Below, one piece after another: positions 49,171-60,200 of a stretch of 64,000 bases of DNA. Location: positions 1,674,001 to 1,738,000 of the forward strand of contig OZ251236.1 in assembly GCA_965240325.2 (NCBI GenBank), read 5' to 3'. The notes beneath the pieces are model-generated. The model ran no database searches, was not told the DNA's origin, and saw only the letters and a program-made list of their open reading frames with translations. Position 1 is the stretch's first letter; each line of letters opens with the position of its first letter. This stretch comes from Rebecca billardiae RCC1528 (Eukaryota; Protista; Haptophyta). A program made the position numbers and the translations under genes.

Positions 49171-49651
49171 GCGCCCCCTGGGCGCGTCTTCACCTTTGCA
49201 GCAGCTGCTGCACGGCTGCTTCGTCGTGGCGAGGGCGAGGCCCGCGGCTACGTGACGGCCAGTGCAATTATGACGCGATGGCGACTACGAAGTTGTGCTA
49301 CGATAATGAGCGGCGCGCGCGCGCTCGCGGCGCATACCCGCGCTGCCCGGGCACATGCCCGCGCCGTGCCCGCCGGCCGGCCGGCCTGACCGGGGCCCCG
49401 ACAGCGCGTCCGACCCGCGCCGGCGTGCGCACAGCCCGTGGCCGTGGCCTGCCGCCGGGCCCGCCGCAGGCCGCAGCCCCCGCCGGAGCCGCAGGGTGAT
49501 GACGGCTTGACTCCGACGCCTGATGGCACCGCGGGATGACGATGAGACACGACGCATTATATATATTATTGATCGTCATATCACTACTGATGAGTTTCAT
49601 CACTACTCAGCAGCAATCAACGGTATGACCCCGAGTAGTGGCTGCACAGCA

Positions 49652-50341
49652 CTATGGCAGCATCAGCCACTCCTTGCACCGCTCAGCGATGTGCGCCGAC
49701 GTGCGGAGCAGCGCGTGGTCGTCGTCCAGCTCCTCCAGCACCACCGCGCACCGCGCACCCTTGGGGGCGGCGCCGCTCACGACCTCGAGCTCGCGCACGG
49801 CACGGCGGCTGGACTCGACGGGGATGACCTCGTCGCGCATGCCGTGCATGATGAGGGTCGGATGCAGGCCGAGCGCGGGCCGAGCGGGGTGGGCGTCGCG
49901 CGCGTCGTGCGCAAAGCTCCAGTCGACCTCAGTCGAGGGGCCGTCGGGCCCATAGCCGAGCCGGATGCTGCCGGCGCGCTCCCACTCGGCGAGCAGGCCA
50001 GGCCGGCCCAGCGCGCGCGGCAGGTGCTCGAGGAGGTCGAACGCCGGGCAGAGCAGCACCAGCCGCTCGACAGCCTCCGGGTGCAGCTCGGCCCAGCGCG
50101 CCGCCAGCCAGCCGCCCATCGACGAGCCAATCAGGTGCCAGCGCTGCTCGGCCGGGTGGGCTGCAACGAGCTCGTCGACGGCCGAAATCGCGCGCGAGAA
50201 GGTGAGCTCGCGGAACGACGGCCGATTCAGGTCGGGGAGGTGCACGGACACGCCTGGCCGCGCCGCGAGCGCCGCCGCGAGCAGCGTGCCCTTCGCGCTC
50301 TGCGGACCGGAGGCGAAGCCGTGCAGATACGCGATGCGCAT
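49652..50341 (-). CDS. YqiA/UPF0227-family alpha/beta hydrolase (esterase)
   Basis: Motifs YLHGFASGPQSAKG, PDLN, LIGSSMGG nucleophile elbow, LLCPA, HGMRDEVIP and DDDHAL. Confidence 0.88.
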   Translation of the reverse strand: MRIAYLHGFASGPQSAKGTLLAAALAARPGVSVHLPDLNRPSFRELTFSRAISAVDELVAAHPAEQRWHLIGSSMGGWLAARWAELHPEAVERLVLLCPAFDLLEHLPRALGRPGLLAEWERAGSIRLGYGPDGPSTEVDWSFAHDARDAHPARPALGLHPTLIMHGMRDEVIPVESSRRAVRELEVVSGAAPKGARCAVVLEELDDDHALLRTSAHIAERCKEWLMLP

Positions 50342-50567
50342 GGCGAGGAGGAGGAGGAGGCTGGCGCCGCACGCGCGGATCACGGCACGATGAGCCCGTC
50401 GCGGCACGCGGTGGCTCAGCAGCAGGGAGCCACGGGGAGAGCTGGAGGGTCACCACGCTGGCGCCGGGGTGGCCGCCATACTGTCAGCAATATTGCGCTG
50501 GCCGTTCAGTGAACGGCAAAGGCAAATCGTCGCACGAAAATCGACGGAGGAACCTCGCAGCCCGACG

Positions 50568-51561
50568 ATGGCTGCCGCCGCGGCGCGGCCCACCAGCTTG
50601 GCGCTGCTCCTGGTGGCGTGCGCCCGGGTCTCGCGCGCGCCACCGGCGCCGCGCTCGGCGTGCCCCCGCGCCGCCTCGTCGCCGGCCGGCGAGCCCGGCG
50701 CGCTCAGCCGCGCCGGCGCCGAGCTCGCCGCGGAGGGTCGATTCGCCGAGTCGTTTGCTTGCCACCGCGCGGCGACCGCCGAGCTGCCGGACGAGGGCAT
50801 CGCGTGGTTCCACTTTGCGCGCGCGGCGGACGCGGCGCAGAACCGGCAGGCCGAGGCGCGCGCGTACTACCGCCGCGCGCTCGACGCGCCCTCGGCGCTG
50901 CGCGCGGCCGAGGCGATGGAGGCGCACTTTGGCCTCGGCAGGCTGCTGCGCGAGGCGTCCAAGCCGGACGAGGCGGCGGAGCAGTACCGCGCGGTGCTCG
51001 CGATCGACGAGAGCAAGTCGGGCGCGCACATCATGCTCGCGACGACGCTCGGCGAGCTCGGCCGCACCGACGAGGCCATCGCGCACTACAGCCGCGGCCT
51101 CGCGCTCGCGCCGAGCGTGGGTGGCGCGTACTACAACTACGCCAACACGCTGAGCGCGGCGGGCAGGGCGGAGGAGGCGGCGGCGCAGTACCGCGAGGCG
51201 ATCCGGCTGGAGCCGGGGCTGGCGGTGGCGTACGAGACGCTCGCCGAGGCGCACCTCGCCGCCGGCGAGCTCGACGCCGCGTACGACGTCGCCTCCTCCC
51301 ACGTCGCGCACGCGGCCGCGACCGGCCAGCCGCACTCGGCGCGCGTGCGGTACGTGCGCGGCCGCGTGCGCTACCAGCAGCGCCGGCTGGAGGACGCGAT
51401 CGGCGAGTTCGAGGCGGCGGTGGCGCTGGATCCCAAGTACGCGTACGCGCTCAACGGTGCGCGCCGCGCGCCTCCGGCCGGCCGGCGCGCCCTGCGCAGC
51501 GGCGGCGCCGACGGGTAGCGCGACACGGCGCGAGCGCGCGCACCCGCGCGCGCGCACCCGT

Positions 51562-51610
<49 letters not shown>

Positions 51611-53917
51611 CACACGCGCACACGCGCACGCGCCCGCCACCTGCGCGCGCGCGCGCGCAGACCTGGGCAACGCGCTCTCCGAGTCGGTGGGCCGGCAGGC
51701 GGAGGCGCGCGCCGCGTACGCCGCCGCGGCGGACGCGGACCCGTCCTTTGCCGAGGCGCATTCCAACCTGGGCTCGGCGCTCAAGGCGCTGGGCGGCGCG
51801 CACCTGCGCGGCGCGGAGGCGGCGTTCGGGCGCGCGCTCGCGCTCAACCCGCGGCTGCGCGAGGCGCACAAGAACCTGGGCGCGGTGCACGCGGAGCGCG
51901 GGCGGCACGTCGAGGCGATTGCGTCGTACAAGGCCGCGCTCGCGATCGACGCCGCCTTCTGGCCCGCCATCTACGCGCTGCTCGACACGGAGCAGTTCAC
52001 GTGCGCGTGGCGCGGGTACGACGGACGGTTCGCGGCGCTGCGCGCGCGGCTGCGCGCGCACGTGGGCGACGGCGGCGCGGACGGGTTCGCGCGCGCGGCG
52101 CTCAACGCGAGCCAGGCGGGCGAGCGCGAGCACGGCGGGCTCGCGCCGTTCAACACGTTCACGTACCCGCTGCCCACGCAGCTGCAGGTCTGGGCGGCGC
52201 GGCTGCGCGCCGCGCGCGACCAGGCGAGCACAGACGGGCTGCTCGCGTCCGGCCGCGCGCGCAGGCCGTCGCTGCGCTGGGCGGCGGGCGCGGCGCTGCG
52301 CGCGGCGGGCTCGGTGCTGCGCGTCGGCCTCGTCTCCGCCGACTTTGGGCCGCACCCGGTGGGCTTCGCCGCGCTGCCGTGGGTGCACCGGCTGCGGCAC
52401 GCGGCGGGCGTGGAGGTGTACTGCTTCGGCACGGACGGAGAGCGCGCGCACGCGGGCAACGGGCTGCGGCGCAAGCTGGGCGCGGCGTGCGACGCGTTCG
52501 TCGACCTGTCCGCGCTCGGCGCCGCGGACGCGGCCGCGCTGATCGCGCGCGAGCGCGTGCACGCCCTCGTCAACCTCGTCGGGCACACCGCGGGCTCGAG
52601 GCACGACATCAGCCACCTGCGCCCTGCGCCCGTGCAGGCGGCGCACTACGGCTTTGCCGGCACCACCGGCGTGGACGCACTCGGGTACATTGTGGTGGAC
52701 GCGGCCGCGGCGCCGCCGGGCGGGCACAGCCGGCGGCACTTCACCGAGCGGCTCGCGCTCATGCCCGCCTCGCACTTCGTCGCGCCGCACGCGCTGCGCT
52801 TCGCGCGCGCCGTGGACGCGACGGCGCGCGCGGCGCCGCCCGCGCCCGCGCCGCTCGGCGCCGCGCGGCGCGAGCGGCCGCTGCCGCCGCCGCGCGCGGT
52901 CGCGCGCGCGGAGGGCGGCTGGTTCACGCGCGCGCACGCGCACCCGGCCTCGCTGCCGCCCTCCGACCGCGCCTTCGTGCTGTGCCACTTCAACCAGCTG
53001 TACAAGCTCGAGCCCGCCTCGTTTGGCGTGTGGGCGAACGCGCTGCGGCGCGTGCCGCGCTCGGCGCTGTGGCTCTCGCGCATCTCCGTGCGCAAGCAGA
53101 GCTCCGTGGTCGCGGAGGCGCACCTGCTCGACGAGCTGCGCGGCGCGGGCGTGCACGCCGCCAAGCTCACCTTCAGCTGGCGGCTCGACGACGCCGACTT
53201 CATCCCGGCGCGCGCCCTCGCAGACGTGGCGGTGGACAGCGTGCGCTTCAACGGGCACACGACGGGCGCGGACACGCTGTGGGCGGGAGTGCCCACCGTC
53301 GGCGTCGCGCTCGAGCACCTCGCCGGAAGGGCGACGGTGCGCGGCCGCGCGCGCGCGCGCGCGCCCCGACGCGCGCGCCCCGACGCGCGGCTACGCCCGC
53401 GCCGCGCGGCGCGCGCAGGCGGGCTTTGCGCGCGCGCTCGGCATGAGCGAGCTGATCGCGGCCGACCTGAAGGCGTACGAGTCGATGCTCGCCGAGCTGG
53501 GCACGAGGTCGACGCGCATGGCGCAGCTGCGGCACAAGTGCGCGCCCCGCGCCACCGCGCGCGCGCACGCTCGCGCGCCTGCGCGCCGCCCCCCGGCTGT
53601 GCGCCCACGCGCCGCCATCGCCCCGCGCACCCCCGGCCGCTGCCGCCCGCCCGCCCGCCCACGTGCTCTGCGCGTCGTCGCGTAGGCTGATCAGCCGTCG
53701 GCTCGAGGCGCCGCTCTTCGACCTCGACGCCTTCTCGCACGACTACGCCGCGCTGCTGCGCAGGATGCTCGACGTGCACGCGGCCGGGCTGCGGCCGATG
53801 CACGTGATCCCGGCCGCGTCGCACCACCACGTGCACGGGCCGAGCGAGCACATGCGCGCGCTGCGCGGGGATGGGCGCTGGGGACAGCGCGTCGCGCCCG
53901 GCGCCAAGCCGGCGTGA
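50568..53917 (+). CDS. TPR-containing GT41 O-GlcNAc transferase-like protein; introns 51457-51660, 53337-53418, 53538-53685
   Basis: Multiple TPRs, then LRVGLVSADFGPHPV, LVNLVGHT, RPAPVQ..YGFAGTTG, FTERL, FNQLYKL, NGHTTGADTLWAGVP and PLFD. Introns are GT-AG and frame-consistent. Confidence 0.92.
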
Positions 53918-54719
53918 CGCGCGCCGGCGGCGTGGCCCGTGTCCGGTCTGGCACTCTGACTCTCTGACGCGGGGCCGCCTGCGTCGGCGTACTGCCGCCA
54001 CGCCCTCGCGTACTCATGCGCCGGCGCCCACTTGCCACTACCAAGGGCGGTTGCCACTCTGTCCGGTTAAGACCCGGACTGCCACTGCCGCGTGCAAGCA
54101 CTGCGGCCGCAGGGCGTCCGGCGAGACCCACTGAAGCCCCAGTGCGGCCCGAGGTCCTCGATGGCGGCTTTCGACGGCCGGCCCATCTGACCCACCGTGC
54201 GCCCACGGCCGGTGCCGGACCGTCGGGGGGCGTCACAGCCGTGGCGAGGTTCGTGTGGGCATGCCAAATACTCGGGCAAAGACTCCCCCACCAGGTGCGT
54301 GTGCGTGATGCGCGTGTTGTCCCATGCGCTCGTGCGGGCGGGCGCGTCCTATTTCAGCGAGGCGGGCAGATTGAGTGCTTGGTGTTCGCAAATGCGACGA
54401 TTTGCGGGCATGCGATGGGTGTGGAGGGGAGCTATGTGATACCCATATGCCAGGCCGCACGTGTCTGGACTGTACTTTTGTGTGATTGTCATGCCGCGTG
54501 CGTTTTGGGGCTCACGCATGCATGCCTGCACCCACGCGTGTGCCGCCCGCATTCGAGCGCGCAGGGACGGGCGCGAGGAAGCGGAGCGTTGATGCGCGCA
54601 CGCCGGGCAAGGTTCCCACGCCAGCTGTTCCTCGGCCGCGCCTCGAGGGCGAGCTCCCTGACTCGCTCATCGGCAAATACTGGCGTGATGCCCACTTTGC
54701 CAACGGGACGGGCAATGAC

Positions 54720-55260
54720 ATGCACGGTGGCGCGCGCGCTCTGGCTGCTGCTCCGCTCATTCTGGTGCTCTATGCGCTGATGACGCTCTCGCAGGTCATT
54801 GACCTGTTCGGCACGACCGTCGTTCACCCCCTCGTGAATGCCACGCGGCACCAGCGTAAGGAGGCTCGGCACGAGCGCCTGCTGCGAGCGCTCTCGGCCC
54901 CGGATATCGATTGGAGTCGCTACAAGCCCGCGTGGGTGGCGGAGACCGAGGACGAGCCCGACAGCTACGGGCTGTGGCCGATCGTGCAGTGCCTACGCGA
55001 CACCCGCTTCATCGCGGTCTTCGCCGCACACCCCATTGCGAGCGGCAGGCAGTGGCAGCCGACGGACGTGCGCTTCTCCACAGCGACGCTGGCAGCGGGG
55101 ATGCTGCGGCATCAGGCGACAGGCTGCCTGCATACGCTCTCGAATCGCTCAAAATGGGGCAACGCGCTGAAGCCGCAATGGGCACCGTTGCTCGCGCCGG
55201 ACGGCCCCTACGTGTGGCAGCTGCTCGAGCACCTCCTCGCGTGGCGGTCGAGGGCCACAA
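54720..55260 (+). other. Unknown coding-like fragment convergent with the SNF2 remnant
   Basis: GC3-biased, protein-like part of ORF 54486-55877; its 3' part is just the antisense of SNF2. Confidence 0.35.
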
Positions 55261-55339
55261 CGCGCCCGCTGGATGCGCGAGGCGGCGTCTCCACAGCTGA
55301 CGTGGCTCACGCTCACGCGCACACGCAGCCTTCGCCGGT

Positions 55340-56420
55340 GGCTGGCGTCGAGCACGCTGCTGCCGCTGACCGGCCTGTCCGCAGCTGGGTTCGGGTGTGG
55401 GTCGAGGAGGATGAGGCGATTCGCAGCGACCAGGTTCAGACCAGCGCCGCCAGCCTTCGTCGAGATGAAGAGGACGCGCGCCTTCGAGCCAAGGGCACAA
55501 AAGTCAGCGATGACCTTGGCCCTATCAGACTGCCTCACTGCGCCATGCAGCTCGACGATGCGCCAGCCGTCACGCCGCCAGCCGCCAGCGTACTCCTTCT
55601 CCAATGCCTTGCGGTAGAGCGACAGCACCTCCGTGTGCGCAGCGAACACGACGATCTTGTCGTCCGTGTGATCGAGCACCTCCGTCAGAAGGCGCAGAAA
55701 CACTCTGACTCGCAGCTTGGTGGACGCAGCGAGTGCAGCTGGGACGAGTCCAGCCAATTCTGCTCGAGGTGGCGAGAGAGGGACTGGATCTTGGGCTCGA
55801 GACTGGTGCCGGCGAGGGCGGGGTGCGACGAGATGCCGACCTGGATGCCCGACCGTGCGAGAGTGCGAAGGCGTTGATGGGCCCCGCGACGAACTGCTCC
55901 CAGTACTGCTCGGAGACAGCGGCGCCGGGGTCAGCCAGGTTGATGAGTGAGTAGAGGGCCTTCAGGTCGTTGCTGTCAGGCGTGGCGGTGAGCAGCAGCC
56001 GCTTAAGCGGCCAGAGCGAGTGCACGTAGGTCACCAGCGCAGTATTGTCGTTGTAAAGCTCGTGCGCCTCGTCGAACACCCCGAGGTGGACGCGTGCTTT
56101 CGAGGCAGAACGGAACTGGCCGTACGAGAGTACAAGCCAGTGCGCGCCCGTCATGAAGGCGGCGATGCTGTCGTCCGCTGACGGGCCGACAACGCGCACA
56201 TCTTGATCGGGACAAATCCATCGCATGTCTCCTTCCCACTGCTTCACCAGCGTCGCCTTGGTGACGATGAGCACCCGCTCAGACCCCATCCGGTCGGCAA
56301 CCATGGCTCCGACCGCGGTCTTGCCGTACCCCGTACCAGCGGCGACTATGAAGCCGTCGCGCAAGCGGAGGCGCCCAATGACGATGTCTACTACATCCTC
56401 CTGGTCTACACGTGCCTCGA
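55340..56420 (-). pseudogene. Disrupted SNF2/Rad54-like SF2 helicase inside the TIR element
   Basis: GTGYGKT, VLIV..TLVKQW, DEAH and LLLTATPDSNDL lie in one frame. KIVVF, LHG, ISTKAGGAGLNL.AANRLILLD..NPAAD lie in another frame. Motif VI (QxxxRxxRxGQ) is missing. Confidence 0.85.
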
Positions 56421-57262
56421 ACGCAGGCCTTGGCGCTGCATGAGGCGAGCGCGGCAGGGCGGGGCGGCAGAGCGCAGAGTGAGTAGACGTGGAAACGTAG
56501 GCCCCACCGCGCGACGAGGAGAGGGTGCACGACACGCCCCACGCGCGGGATCACCTTGATAGGGGTTTGGCATCATGTCGAAGCCCTCAACACGGCCGAG
56601 TCGGCCCTCTCGTCGAGGCTCACCTGGGCCGCTGCCTCTCGCCGGACGGACTCGTCCCTCGCCCCATGGGAGAGGGGAGGTAGTCCGGGTCTCAACCGGA
56701 CAGGTTGCCACTACTGCCTGAGCTGTGTGCGTCTCTTATCTTAGTAAACTGTATCGGATCGCGTCATCATGATTTCGTCGCCACAAAAAGCCGAATGGGC
56801 GAATTCGTCGAGATTCGATCTGGGCTCCTCGAAACCGCGTCGTCAGTCAGAATCTCCTAACCAATCGGGATTAAGAACGACTGGCAGTGGGCGGGTGTTG
56901 CGAATAATCTCCGAAATCTGAAAGGGCGGGATTTGGCGCGGGAACGCTGTTTAGCCTGTTTTTAGCGCGCTGGTGAATATGGATACAGGACGGATTGACG
57001 GCGACGGATGTCATCGTCAATCAAAATGACTATGAGGGTATACTGTTTTCACCACATCATATATATAAATGTCAGTACTCGTCACGGTTGGCTGTGTCGG
57101 ATTGTTGTGAGCGCTGATTATTTCAGATTGCCGTGAGCACACTCAACACGGTACCTGTACAGGCTCGTCGGCCTCGCGGCGTCGGGAGGACTTGCTTCCC
57201 TCGCACCTGCCCCATCGCAGGGCGGTCGCCTCGTCGGCTCGGCTTGTCCCGCGCGGTTCGGC

Positions 57263-60200
57263 ATGCACGGCCACTTCCACGTGGTGCTGCGGCGCCTGGT
57301 GGTGAGGGACGGCGGGGATCATGCGTGGATGCAGGTGCTGGACATGCTCGACGAGATGGACGAGATGCGCCTGCTCGACCTCCGCCAGCACGACGACTCG
57401 GACACGATGAGCATGGTGAACGCGGCGCGCGCGGTGCTCAAGCTGGACGACCACGCGATCCTGTACAAGATGGGCCAGCACTTCGTCGAGTTCCTGCTCG
57501 CGAACGGGCACATGGGCTTCGTGCGCAGCGCCGGCTCGACGATCCCCGACCTGCTCCTCAACCTCGCCGCCGTGCACGCGCAGCTCGTGGACGTGTACAA
57601 GATGGCCGACTTCCCGCAGTACCAGGTGGAGCCCGCGGCGGAGGGGGAGGAGGGCGAGCAGGTGTACGTGTCGTGCACGTCCGTGCGCGGCGCGAGCGTG
57701 CTGCCGCTCACCGAGGGCATCCTCACCTTCGTCGCCCGCCTCGAGTACAAGCAGGCGCTCTCGATGACGCTGCTGCCCTCGCCGCGCCACGGCGCCGACG
57801 GCACGTGGCGCGTGACGTGGCGCGAGCTGAGCGAGGCGGAGCTCGCGGAGTGCGAGGCGGGGCAGCACGCGCCGACGCCCTCCGCGCACGAGCGCCGCGC
57901 CGCGGCCACCTGGCACACCGCCGTCGCCGCCGCCGCGAAGCCGAGCAGCAGCAGCACGCGCGCGAGCGCGCAGCTCAGCCCGACGAGCGCGCGCGCGGTC
58001 GCCGCGGCCGCCGCGGCCGCGCCGGCGGCGCCGCGCACGCTGGGCGGGCGCAAGCCGAGCACGGCGGAGGGGGCGTCGGCGCGCGCGGTCGCATCGCGCC
58101 GCCCCACGCCGCTGGAGCCCGGCGGCACCGGCCGCCTCGACGCGCACCCTCCGCCCGAGCCCGCGCGCGCGCGCGCCGGCACGCCCCTCAACTACCTCAA
58201 CTGGCGCCGCCAGTTCCACAGCGCCAAGCTGGAGGCGGAGTTCAGGGCGCAGGTGCAGGCGCGCGTGTTCGCGGCGCGCGCGGGGATGGGCGCGGGGGCG
58301 GTGCTGTGCGCGTGCGTCGTGCTCGGCCTGCACGGCCTCGCCAGCGCCGCCGCGCGCGCGCCCGCGCCGTCGGGCGCGGGCGCGGCGCTCGGCGGCGCGG
58401 GCGTTGGCGTCGCTTCTGCGCCGTGGGGCGCGTGGCCGGCCGCCGCCGCCGTGGCGGTGCCGACGGCGGCCGTCTGGCTGTGCGCGCGGTCGGCGACGCT
58501 CGCGCACGAGCACGGCCGCGCGCTCGAGCTGGGCGTGTGCGCCTGGCTCTGCCTGCTCGCCACGCTCGTCGGGCGCACCGCGTGCGACGAGGCGGCCGGC
58601 GCGGCCGGCGCTCCGCTCGGCGGCGGCTGCGCGTCCGCGCCGCTCGCCGCCGCGGCGCGCCAGCGCGCGATGGTCGCCGGCGCGGGCGTGATGGTGCTGG
58701 CGGGCAACGTGATCGGCCTCGAGCTGCTGCACCTCGCGCTCGTGCTCTGCGCCGTGCTGTGCGCCAACACCGCCAGCGCGCTCAGCCGGCATCGCTCGGG
58801 CGCGGCCGAGCCCGCCCTCGACGCGTGCCGAGACGGCGCGCTCTTCGTCGGGCTGCTCGGCTACTCGGCGCAGCTCGCGCGCGCGCGGCTCGAGCGCGAG
58901 CGCGTGGCGTTCTGGAACGAGCGCACGATGGCGAGCGCGACGGAGAAGTGGCGCGAGCTCAAGGAGCTCGAGCTCGACATGCTGCTCAAGGCGAACGCGC
59001 GCGACGTCGCGGCGGGCGCGCGCTCGCGTCTGATCCGCGTGGTGATGCACGACCTGCGCAGCCCGCTGCTGTCCGTCGTGTCGCTGGCGAACATGCTCAC
59101 GGCCATGCCGGCGGAGGCGCGGCTGCACGACAAGAACGTGGTGCGCGCGGTGAGCACGATCAACACGTGCACCCGCCTCATGGAGAACATCGTCTCGGAC
59201 ATGCTCGACTTTGAGCGCATCGACAGCGGCCGGCTGCAGCTCGTGCGCGCGCCCTTCACACTCGCCACGCTGCTGAGCGAGGTCGAGAGCGTCTTTGCGC
59301 CGCTCGCGCGCAACAAGGGCGTGGAGGTGGTGCTCGAGCCGCCGCAGCCCGAGCTGCTCGCGGAGACGCGGCAGTACCTCGGCGACCTGCAGCGCCTCGT
59401 GCAGTGCCTCGGCAACGGCATGTCGAACGCGACCAAGTTCACCGACGCGGGCGGAGAGATCCGCCTGCGCGCGCTGCAGCTGCGCCCGCCCGGGCCGGAC
59501 GCGCAGGCGGCCGCGGCGGACTCGGTCGCGCAGCGGCACGGCTCGAGCGGCAACGTGCTCGAGCCCGCGTCGCCGCGCAACCGCGACCGGCCGTACGCGC
59601 ACCTCAGCGTGCAGATCATCGACGATGGCGCCGGTCTGTGCGCGGACGACCTCGCGATGCTGCGCGCGGGGAGGCTCTTCCAGCAGGTGGGGCTGGGGCA
59701 GATGCAGGGGCGCGGCGGCACCGGCCTCGGCCTCACGATCGCGCGGCAGATGCTCAAGCTGCACGGCGACTCGAAGCTCACGCTGCACTCGGAAGGGCAC
59801 AATCGGGGCACCACGTTCGAGGTGCTGCTCAAGCTGCCCGTCGTCGGCGAGGTCGCGCCCGCGCCGCGCGCGCCGCCCGGCTCGCTCGACGCGGCGCTCG
59901 TCACCGCCGCGTCCGCCAGCGGCGCGCCGGGCGCCGCCGCGGCCAAGCGGGACGAGCGCTCCCCGCCGACGCGCTCGCGGCGCTCGCGCAACGGCAGCCT
60001 GATCGCCTCGGACGAGGAGGCCGCCGCCTCGCTCGCCGTGCCCTCCTCCGAACGCGAGCTCGACCTGCGGCTGATGGAGGCGTGCAACAGCCGCACGCGC
60101 GGCGCCAAGAAGCGCCACCTCACGCTCGAGCAGCTCGTGAGCGACGACGACAAGGCGCACGCGGAGGAGGCGGCGCTGCGCGGGCGGCGGCGCTCGTTCG

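Larger units (their letters stand above)
54059..56703. mobile_element. TIR DNA transposon (Mutator-like TSD length) carrying gene fragments
   Basis: 25-bp TIRs at 54059-54083 / 56679-56703 (2 mismatches). Perfect 9-bp TSD GTTGCCACT at 54050-54058 and 56704-56712. Confidence 0.9.

Noticed and set aside
51563-51612. (GCAC)n microsatellite, and (GCGCGG)n at 2361-2410
   Set aside because: Ordinary intronic simple repeats.
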